Assembly: GCA_051305975.1 (NCBI GenBank)
Contig: JBPPMI010000216.1
Location: forward strand, 1-28,030
Reading direction: 5' to 3'
Origin: Solirubrobacterales bacterium
Lineage (GTDB): Bacteria; Actinomycetota; Thermoleophilia; Solirubrobacterales; 70-9
DNA length: 28,030 nt
Part shown: positions 8,613-15,719 of the stretch, piece after piece
How the letters are laid out: every line of letters starts with the position of its first letter
Position numbering within the stretch: the stretch's first letter is position 1
Made by a program: the position numbers and the translations under genes
The notes under the pieces: model-generated
What the model was told of the DNA's origin: nothing
Database searches by the model: none
Seen by the model: only the letters and a program-made list of their open reading frames with translations

Positions 8613-8680
8613 GTACGATCGCGGGCCGTGTCGGCCTTTACTCCCCGCCAGCCGGCCCCTGGAGGCCCCGTGGAACCCGC
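8541..8680. repeat. Structured ~140-nt dispersed element, copy A (family unknown)
   Basis: Aligns to 21701-21838. Outer stem 8541-8553/8668-8680, inner stem 8585-8597/8624-8636, two CCAG-N7-CTGG hairpins, and a 26-nt loop 24/26 identical to copy B. Confidence 0.88.
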
Positions 8681-8694
8681 GGTGAGCCTCTAAG

Positions 8695-8943
8695 GTGGAA
8701 ACAGTTGTGCTTGCTAAGTCGAAAGGCAGTTCGATGACGCCCAGAACTTATTTGCGTTCCGCAATCACGCTTACGGTCGTAATGTTCGGCCTTCTTCTCC
8801 TGATGATTCCGATCGGCGCCAACCTCGGTCCCGTGGAGCTCGGCATCTGGCTGGCCATCCTCGTAATCGGACTCGCCATCCTCGGGTTCGGCGGCGTGCG
8901 CTCATGGATGCGCAGCCGTTCGGTCGAACAGACTGCCGCCTAG
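8695..8943 (+). CDS. Small two-TM membrane protein, unknown function
   Basis: 82-aa ORF with two hydrophobic helices. Start uncertain (GTG 8695, GTG 8707 or ATG 8734). The 5' half is relatively AT-rich. Confidence 0.55.
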   Translation: METVVLAKSKGSSMTPRTYLRSAITLTVVMFGLLLLMIPIGANLGPVELGIWLAILVIGLAILGFGGVRSWMRSRSVEQTAA

Positions 8944-8964
8944 CCACCGAACATCCGGAGAGAA

Positions 8965-9474
8965 CTACTTCTCTTCTTCGGCTTCCATGTCGCGGAGGCG
9001 CTGCCGTGACTCTTCCAGCACTTCCAGGGCGGCTTCGAGGGGGTACCAGCCGTCGACTTCGACGTGCTTACCCTCGGGCTGCTTGTAGACAGAGAAAAAA
9101 TGCGCTATCTCTTCGCGCAGCTGGTCCGACAGCATGTCGAGGTTCTTGATGTAGCTCCAGTTGGGATCGTGTGAAGGCACGCAGAGGACCTTGTCGTCCA
9201 CCTGGCCTTCGTCAGTCATCCGGAAGAGCCCGATCGGGATCGACGGGATGATGCAACCCGGGAAGGTCGGCTCGGAAACGCAGACCATTGCGTCGAGCGG
9301 ATCGCCGTCGGCACCCATCGTGTGCGGCACGAAGCCGTAATCGACCGGGTAGACCATGGACGAGAAGAGGAACCGATCGAGGATGATGGCTCCGATGTCC
9401 GGGTCGTATTCGTATTTGTTGCGGGATCCCTTAGGGACCTCGATGAGGATGTTCAGCTGTTCAGTCTCAGTCAT
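8965..9474 (-). CDS. ppa: Soluble inorganic pyrophosphatase (family I)
   Basis: IEVPKGSRNKYEYD, YPVDYGF, DGDPLD, DDKVLCV and FFSVYK motifs. Confidence 0.95.
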   Translation of the reverse strand: MTETEQLNILIEVPKGSRNKYEYDPDIGAIILDRFLFSSMVYPVDYGFVPHTMGADGDPLDAMVCVSEPTFPGCIIPSIPIGLFRMTDEGQVDDKVLCVPSHDPNWSYIKNLDMLSDQLREEIAHFFSVYKQPEGKHVEVDGWYPLEAALEVLEESRQRLRDMEAEEEK

Positions 9475-9477
9475 TCC

Positions 9478-10899
9478 TTACTTTCCGGCAGGCTTCCAAG
9501 GCTCTTCCCAATGGCAGACGCCCTTGACCAGGCGATCCGCCTCGGTAGGCCCCCAGGAACCCTTCTCATACGGAAGGACTGGGCTGGGCTTATCGAGCAG
9601 AGGCTGAACGATACGCCATGTCTCGTCTATCGCGTCGATGTGGGTGAAAAGGTCGGGCCTTCCGTGGATGGCATCGTCGAGCAGACGCTCGTACGGTTCG
9701 GGCTCCGCACCGGGTTCTTTCTCGAAATGAACCTCGAGATTCGAGTCCTGGAACGAGTCGACTCCGGCGGATTTCGTGATGAACCGGAGCTGGGCCCCGG
9801 GGGTGGGATCGATGCGGATCACCAGTTCCTGGCGGTCGGGCTTGCTCCTGCCGAAAGCGATGTGAGGAGGTCGCTCGAAGACGACCCGGATCTCGGTCTG
9901 CTTGACCGGCAGGTTCTTGCCCGAGCGGATGTAGAACGGTACGCCCGACCAGCGCCAGTTGTCGATCGAGAGTTCGATCGCGGCGAAGGTTTCGGTGTTC
10001 GAATCGTCCGCGACCTCGGGGATGTCGAGGTAGCCGTCGTACTGGCCGCGAACGCACTTCGCCGGGTCGGCCGACTCGATCGACTGGAAGAGCGCGAGCT
10101 TCTCCGACCGGATCGAATCGGGCTGATTGCCGTTCGGTGGCTCCATCGCGACCAGGGCCAGCACCTGGAGCATGTGGTTCTGGATGACGTCACGAATGGT
10201 GCCGACCCGGTCGTAGAAAGCACCGCGGTCCTCGACGCCGAAGCTCTCGGCCATGGTCATCTGGACGTGGGAGACGTAATTCCGGTTCCATACCGGCTCG
10301 AGGATCGAGTTGGCGAAACGGAGGTAGGTGATGTCCATCACCGGCTCCTTGCCGAGGTAATGGTCGATCCGGAGGATCTGGTCCTCGCGGAGCACCTCGG
10401 TCAGCTCGGTCTGAAGCGCGTGGGCCGATGCGAGGTCGTGCCCGAACGGCTTCTCGATCACGAACCGGCCGTTCTCGGCGAGGCCGGCCGCGTCGAGCGA
10501 CTTGATGATCGGCGAGAAGAGCGGGGGCGGGACCTCGAGGTAGAAGAGCGGGTCCTTCGTGCCCTTCAGTTCGTCTCGCAGAACTTCATAGGTCGTGCTG
10601 TCGTCGAAGTTCCCGGCGACGAACCGCATCCGGCCGGCCAGCCTCCTGAAGACCTCTTCGTCGACCGGGCCGAGCGAGGCCTCGATCGATTCCTTCGCGC
10701 GCTGACGCATCGTTTCGTGGCCCCAGTCGGTCCGGCGGCCGACGCCGACGATCGGGCAATCCAGCTTGTCGCGTCGCTCGAGGCGGTACAGGGCCCGGAA
10801 AGTCATCTTGCGGGCGAGGTCGCCAGTGATGCCGAAAATCACCAGGGCGTCGGTCGTGGTCGCCTTGGTGGCGGCGGCCGAAGTTCTCGATCGGTTCAT
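9478..10899 (-). CDS. zwf: Glucose-6-phosphate 1-dehydrogenase
   Basis: FGITGDLARK, EKPFG, RIDHYLGKE, IRDVIQNH and WRWSGVPFYIRSGK motifs. Confidence 0.95.
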   Translation of the reverse strand: MNRSRTSAAATKATTTDALVIFGITGDLARKMTFRALYRLERRDKLDCPIVGVGRRTDWGHETMRQRAKESIEASLGPVDEEVFRRLAGRMRFVAGNFDDSTTYEVLRDELKGTKDPLFYLEVPPPLFSPIIKSLDAAGLAENGRFVIEKPFGHDLASAHALQTELTEVLREDQILRIDHYLGKEPVMDITYLRFANSILEPVWNRNYVSHVQMTMAESFGVEDRGAFYDRVGTIRDVIQNHMLQVLALVAMEPPNGNQPDSIRSEKLALFQSIESADPAKCVRGQYDGYLDIPEVADDSNTETFAAIELSIDNWRWSGVPFYIRSGKNLPVKQTEIRVVFERPPHIAFGRSKPDRQELVIRIDPTPGAQLRFITKSAGVDSFQDSNLEVHFEKEPGAEPEPYERLLDDAIHGRPDLFTHIDAIDETWRIVQPLLDKPSPVLPYEKGSWGPTEADRLVKGVCHWEEPWKPAGK

Positions 10900-10905
10900 C
10901 CCGGC

Positions 10906-10911
10906 AGAGTA
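10906..10911 (-). promoter_or_regulatory. -10 hexamer, leaderless zwf
   Basis: TACTCT on the minus strand exactly 6 nt before ATG 10899. Confidence 0.6.
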
Positions 10912-10963
10912 CCGGCAACGGACGTTTCATCCCGGGGTCCACATGGGGTGTCCCGCCGCGGAC

Positions 10964-10969
10964 TAAGAT
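10964..10969 (+). promoter_or_regulatory. -10 hexamer, leaderless gnd
   Basis: TAAGAT exactly 6 nt before ATG 10976. Confidence 0.65.
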
Positions 10970-10975
10970 GGCGCC

Positions 10976-12001
10976 ATGGAACTCGGAATCGTTGGTCTCG
11001 GCCGGATGGGCGCGAACATCGCCCGCAGATTGATGCGCGACGGACACACCGTCGTCGCCTACGACGTGGACCCGGAGGCGACAGCCGCCCTGGAGAAGGA
11101 CGGTGCGGTCGGGGCTTCCGACCTCGCGGACCTTGCCTCCAAGCTTTCGGCACCGCGCGCCGTCTGGGTGATGGTCCCCGCGGGCCGCATCACGGACGAG
11201 ACGGTCAAGGCCGTGGCCGCAGAGTTGTCCGAGGGGGACGCCGTCATCGATGGCGGTAACACCTACTACCGCGACAACATCCACTTCGCCGAAGAACTGG
11301 GCAAGGGCGGGGTGGACCACCTCGACGTCGGCACCAGCGGTGGCGTGTGGGGCCTCGACCGCGGCTACTGCCTGATGATCGGTGGTCCCGAGGAGGCCTA
11401 CAACCGGCTCGAGCCGGTCTTCGAATCGATAGCTCCCGGCCTCGGGGACATCGATCGCACCCCCGGAAAAACGGGGGATCCGAGTCCCGCCGAAAAGGGT
11501 TACCTCCTCTGCGGCCCCACCGGTGCCGGCCATTTCGTGAAAATGGTCCACAACGGCATCGAGTACGGGATCATGGCCGCGTTCGGTGAAGGCCTCAACA
11601 TCATCAAGAACGCCGACGCCGGCAGGGTCCAGCGAGAAGACGATGCCGAGACCGCCCCGCTCCAGCACCCCGAGTTCTACCAGTACGACATCGACGTCGG
11701 AGAGGTTGCCGAGGTCTGGCGCCGCGGCAGCGTGATCGGCTCCTGGCTGCTCGACCTGACCGCTTCGGCCCTCGCCAGGTCGCCCGGTCTCGAAGAGTTC
11801 GACGGCCGGGTCTCCGATTCCGGCGAAGGCCGCTGGACGACGATCGCCGCGGTCGAAGAAGGCGTGCCCGCACCCGTGCTCACCTCGGCGCTCTACGAGC
11901 GTTTCGAGTCACGCGGACTCGGTGATTTCGGCGATCGCGTCCAGTCGGCGATGCGCAAGGAATTCGGCGGCCACGACGAGAAACCGGCCGAGGAAAAATA
12001 G
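10976..12001 (+). CDS. gnd: Decarboxylating 6-phosphogluconate dehydrogenase, short (GntZ/YqeC-like) type
   Basis: IVGLGRMG, IDGGN, DVGTSGG, GHFVKMVHNGIEYG and DSGEGRW motifs; 341 aa. Confidence 0.93.
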   Translation: MELGIVGLGRMGANIARRLMRDGHTVVAYDVDPEATAALEKDGAVGASDLADLASKLSAPRAVWVMVPAGRITDETVKAVAAELSEGDAVIDGGNTYYRDNIHFAEELGKGGVDHLDVGTSGGVWGLDRGYCLMIGGPEEAYNRLEPVFESIAPGLGDIDRTPGKTGDPSPAEKGYLLCGPTGAGHFVKMVHNGIEYGIMAAFGEGLNIIKNADAGRVQREDDAETAPLQHPEFYQYDIDVGEVAEVWRRGSVIGSWLLDLTASALARSPGLEEFDGRVSDSGEGRWTTIAAVEEGVPAPVLTSALYERFESRGLGDFGDRVQSAMRKEFGGHDEKPAEEK

Positions 12002-12008
12002 GCGGGCG

Positions 12009-12674
12009 ATGGTCACCAAGTCCGTCGCCGACGCCGAGGCCGCCGCAGGGGAGGCTGCCCGCATCATCGAAATGGCCGCGGCTGCGGCCATCAGCGAGCG
12101 CGGCGAGTTCAACCTCGCCGTCAGCGGAGGCAAGACTCCCTGGCGCACCCTGGAACTACTCGCCGACAGCTCGCTGAACTGGGCGAAGACTTCGCTGTTC
12201 CAGGTCGATGAACGGATCGCGCCGACCGGCAGCCCCGAGCGCAACCTGACCCACCTGGTGCTCAGCCTGCCGCTCATGTGCCAAGCGGCGATCCGGCCGA
12301 TGCCGGTCGGGGCCGAGGACCTCGAGAATGCCGCGCAGAGCTACGAGTACTCGCTGCCGGGACAGTTCGACCTGGTCCACCTCGGGCTGGGACCGGACGG
12401 GCACACAGCTTCGCTCGTTCCAGACGACCCGGTGCTCGACGTGCGGGACCGGGGTGTCGCCCTCACCGGCGGCGAGTACCAGGGCACCCGCCGCATGACC
12501 CTCACCTACCCGACCCTCGACGCTGCCCGGAAGATCCTGTTCCTGGTCACCGGAGAGGGGAAGGAAGCGGCCCTGAAGAAGCTGATCGCGAAGGACCCGT
12601 CGATCCCGGCCGGCCGCGTCGAAAATGGCGACATGCTCACGGTCACGGACCTCAGACCGGAATCGCTCGCTTGA
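12009..12674 (+). CDS. pgl: 6-phosphogluconolactonase
   Basis: AVSGGKTP, FQVDER, LGLGPDGHTASL and RRMTLTYP motifs; directly follows gnd. Start taken as ATG 12009. Confidence 0.9.
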   Translation: MVTKSVADAEAAAGEAARIIEMAAAAAISERGEFNLAVSGGKTPWRTLELLADSSLNWAKTSLFQVDERIAPTGSPERNLTHLVLSLPLMCQAAIRPMPVGAEDLENAAQSYEYSLPGQFDLVHLGLGPDGHTASLVPDDPVLDVRDRGVALTGGEYQGTRRMTLTYPTLDAARKILFLVTGEGKEAALKKLIAKDPSIPAGRVENGDMLTVTDLRPESLA

Positions 12675-13366
12675 TTTCGATCAAGGACGCGGGGAGGGAG
12701 CAACGGTACGGGCTGGCCCTGGTCCTGATCCTGGCGTCACTGATCTTCATCATGGCGGCGCCGAACGGCACCTGGTCGGATCTGATCGCACTGACCCTGC
12801 TGGGCGGATCACTGTTGGCATCACTCCGGGCCGCGCGTTCGAACGACACCCTCCGGAAAGTTTGCTCCGCGCTGGTGGTCACAGCGCTGGTCTTCGCCTT
12901 CATCTCTCCCTTCATCGACGGCATCGACACCGAACTGTTCGTCCGGATCGCCAGCCTGCTGCTCGTGGTGCTCGCGACCCCGGTGATGGTCCACGGCATG
13001 GTCAAACAGGTCAAGCAGGAGAAGGCGGTCACTATCTTCACGATGCTCGGCGTCCTGTGCATCTACCTGCTCATGGCCCTGGCGTTCGCCGAGGCGTTCG
13101 GTCTCATCCAGGCGGTCCACGAAGAACCTTTCTTCCGCGACGGCCAGGGTGCTGAGGACCTCTCGAACTACCTGTACTTCAGCATCACGACGATCACGAC
13201 GGCCGGCCTCGGGGACTTCTCGCCCGCCGGCGACCTCGGCCGGTCGCTGACCGCGGCCGAGGCCCTGATCGGCCAGATCTACCTGGTGACTGTAGTCGCG
13301 GTGATAGTCGCCAACCTCGGTCGCCGCCGTCCAGCCGGAGACGATTCAAACCAGAAGAATTCGTAG
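12671..13366 (+). CDS. Potassium channel family protein (Ion_trans_2 pore domain)
   Basis: TTG start overlapping the pgl stop (TTGA). Multiple TM helices; pore region YLYFSITTITTAGLGDFSP followed by EALIGQIYL. Confidence 0.82.
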   Translation: MISIKDAGREQRYGLALVLILASLIFIMAAPNGTWSDLIALTLLGGSLLASLRAARSNDTLRKVCSALVVTALVFAFISPFIDGIDTELFVRIASLLLVVLATPVMVHGMVKQVKQEKAVTIFTMLGVLCIYLLMALAFAEAFGLIQAVHEEPFFRDGQGAEDLSNYLYFSITTITTAGLGDFSPAGDLGRSLTAAEALIGQIYLVTVVAVIVANLGRRRPAGDDSNQKNS

Positions 13367-13369
13367 GAT
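13364..13369 (+). promoter_or_regulatory. -10 hexamer, leaderless tetR
   Basis: TAGGAT exactly 6 nt before GTG 13376. Confidence 0.6.
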
Positions 13370-13375
13370 GACATC

Positions 13376-13960
13376 GTGAGCCGCCGCCGACTGAAGCCCG
13401 ACGAACGCAGGGCAGAGATCATCGGTGCGGCGATCCGCAGCTTCACCTCGCAGCCATACACCGACGTGTCGATGGCGGAGATCGCCGACGAAGCCGGGGC
13501 CAGCCGGGCCCTGCTCACCCATTATTACGGCGACAAGGAAGCGCTCTACGCCGCGGTCATCCATTACCTGGTGGAGCAGCTCGAATCGATGGTGCGCACC
13601 GACCTCGAACTCAGCGGACGCGAGCTGATCGACGCCAACCTGACCTCGCTGCTCGACCTGCTCATTTCTTCCCGCGACGCCGCCATCGCCTTCTTCAACG
13701 GAGGTCCGGCTGGTCGTGACGTCGATGTCGCCGGCGCGATCGAGGATCTCAACTCGCATCTCGTTTCTCGAATCCTGCAGAACCATTTCGGGACCGGAGA
13801 TGCACCCCCTGTCACCCGGCTGGCCGTGCTCGGATTCGTAGGCTTCGCTTCGGCCGTCATCTTCGACTGGCTCCAGAACGAGACGATTCGCCGCGAGGAG
13901 CTGCACGAGCTGCTCGCGACCAACCTGGAGAACGCCCTCGCAACGAGGGACGCGAGCTGA
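13376..13960 (+). CDS. TetR/AcrR family transcriptional regulator
   Basis: RRAEIIGAA...F...Y..VSMAEIADEAGASRALLTHYYGDKEAL helix-turn-helix. Confidence 0.93.
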   Translation: MSRRRLKPDERRAEIIGAAIRSFTSQPYTDVSMAEIADEAGASRALLTHYYGDKEALYAAVIHYLVEQLESMVRTDLELSGRELIDANLTSLLDLLISSRDAAIAFFNGGPAGRDVDVAGAIEDLNSHLVSRILQNHFGTGDAPPVTRLAVLGFVGFASAVIFDWLQNETIRREELHELLATNLENALATRDAS

Positions 13961-15708
13961 TGGACGACATCCTCCTCGGGCTGAGCCTCGTGGTCGTGCT
14001 CTCGGTCCTCGCGCGCCTGGCCGCAACCGTGATTCGCGTGCCGGCGATCGTGCCGTTGCTGGTGATCGGAGTGGTCGCCGGGACCTCGGTGACCGGGCTG
14101 ATCGACCCGGAGAAGCTGCTGGGAGACGCGCTCTCCCCCGCGGTCCAGATCGCGGTCGGACTGATCCTGTTCGAAGGTGCGCTGAGCCTCAAACGCGAGG
14201 AGCTCGGCAATGGCGTGAGGCCCGCGGTGATCCGGCTCTGCACGCTGGCGGTGCTGATCACCTGGGTGATCGCGACCCTCGCCCTGGTCTGGCTCTTCGA
14301 CCTGCCGCACCCCATCGCGGTCCTGATCGGCGCAGTCCTGATCGTGTCGGGGCCGACAGTCGTCCTGCCGATCCTCGATTTCATCAACCCCACCGCCAGG
14401 GTCAGGTCCGTGCTCAAGTGGGAAGGAATCCTGATCGACCCGATCGGCGCGATCATCGCGGTGGTCGTATTCGGTTCGCTGGCCCACGACGACGGCAAGG
14501 TCGCGATCGACCTGGTCGAGATCATCCTGTCGCTGGGCAGCGGCGCGATCGCCGGTGGCATCGCGGCGCTCGTACTGATGCCGATCCTCGGCACCCGCAA
14601 GCTGGCCGCGCGCGACAAGGTCGCCGCCACCCTGATGCTGGTGGTCGCCAGCTTCGCCGCGGCCGATGCCCTCTTCGCCGACTCGGGCCTGATCGCGACC
14701 GTGGTGATGGGCATGGTCCTCGCCAACCAGAGCAAGGTGAAGACCGACTACATCGTCGAGTTCAAGGAGACGCTGGTGCCGATCCTCATCGGCATCCTGT
14801 TCATCCTCCTGGCCGCCAACGTCGACGTCGAGACGGTCATCGACCTCGGCTGGAGAGGCTTCGCCCTGGTCGCGATCCTAGTGGTCCTGGTCCGTCCGCT
14901 CGGGGTGGCGACCCTGCTCGGGCTGCCCTTCAGCTGGCAGGAACGGGCCTTCTTCTCGAGCATGGCCCCGCGCGGCATCGTCGCCGCTTCCACCGCGTCC
15001 GCTTTCGGCCTGGACCTGACCCAGCAGGGCGTGGAGGGCGCGGAGATGATCATCCCCATCACCTTCTTCGTGATCGTCGGGACAGTGTTCATCTCCGCAC
15101 TCGGTTCGCCCTCGCTGGCCCGCTTCCTCGGCCTGGCCGGCGAACAGCCACCTGCCCTGATCTTCCTCGGGGCGCCGCACTGGGCGGTGAAGCTGGGCGA
15201 GACGGTGGCCGGTGCAGGAGCCGAAGTCCGCTTCTGGACCGACGACGAAGGCCGCGCCCGGGACGTCGAAGAATCGGGCATGGTCGCGTTCGGCGGCCCG
15301 CTCGACCCCCATTCCGACCGCGCGACAGAGGTTCTCGAGGCCAGCCCGACCGTCGTGATGGCGAGCGACGACGACACGCTCAACCAGTCACTCGCCTTTC
15401 AGCTCGCCGAGATTTACGAACCCGACCAGATCTACCGCCTGCGATCGCCGGTCGACAAGGCCCCGCTTATGCATTCCACCGCCATGCTCCTCTTCCAGTC
15501 GGAGGACTCGGCCGCCGGGATCGACCGCCGCCTGGCCGCCGGGGAAGAGATGAAGCTGCTCGCCCCGGGCGAGCCGGTGCCGGACGGGGCGATGCCGCTG
15601 GCTTCGATCAAGCTGAGGCGCGGAGCTTCGCCCGCGGCGATCAAGCTGGCGAGCGCCGGCTACGACCACCTGATCGGGCCCCACGCCCAGCTGGTCGTGC
15701 TGCGGTAG
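13960..15708 (+). CDS. Cation:proton antiporter, CPA1/NhaP type, with a cytoplasmic C-terminal domain
   Basis: About 12 TM segments; ILFEGAL, VSGPTVV, WEGILIDP and APRGIVAA motifs. Start overlaps the tetR stop (TGATG). Confidence 0.9.
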   Translation: MDDILLGLSLVVVLSVLARLAATVIRVPAIVPLLVIGVVAGTSVTGLIDPEKLLGDALSPAVQIAVGLILFEGALSLKREELGNGVRPAVIRLCTLAVLITWVIATLALVWLFDLPHPIAVLIGAVLIVSGPTVVLPILDFINPTARVRSVLKWEGILIDPIGAIIAVVVFGSLAHDDGKVAIDLVEIILSLGSGAIAGGIAALVLMPILGTRKLAARDKVAATLMLVVASFAAADALFADSGLIATVVMGMVLANQSKVKTDYIVEFKETLVPILIGILFILLAANVDVETVIDLGWRGFALVAILVVLVRPLGVATLLGLPFSWQERAFFSSMAPRGIVAASTASAFGLDLTQQGVEGAEMIIPITFFVIVGTVFISALGSPSLARFLGLAGEQPPALIFLGAPHWAVKLGETVAGAGAEVRFWTDDEGRARDVEESGMVAFGGPLDPHSDRATEVLEASPTVVMASDDDTLNQSLAFQLAEIYEPDQIYRLRSPVDKAPLMHSTAMLLFQSEDSAAGIDRRLAAGEEMKLLAPGEPVPDGAMPLASIKLRRGASPAAIKLASAGYDHLIGPHAQLVVLR

Positions 15709-15719
15709 GAACCGTCCCT

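Noticed and set aside
8598-8623. Element core as SRP (4.5S) RNA helix 8, prompted by TCAGG-TAC-GTGA-GTA and the proximity of copy B to tadA and tRNA-Ser
   Set aside because: The AGCA half of the symmetric loop is missing (CGAT instead). Copy B has CAAG and a non-GNRA GTGG loop. SRP RNA is normally single copy.
8610-8693. Selenocysteine or readthrough at the rlmN TGA followed by a hairpin
   Set aside because: The TGA is well past the conserved RlmN domain, the readthrough peptide is featureless, and the stem does not resemble a bacterial SECIS.
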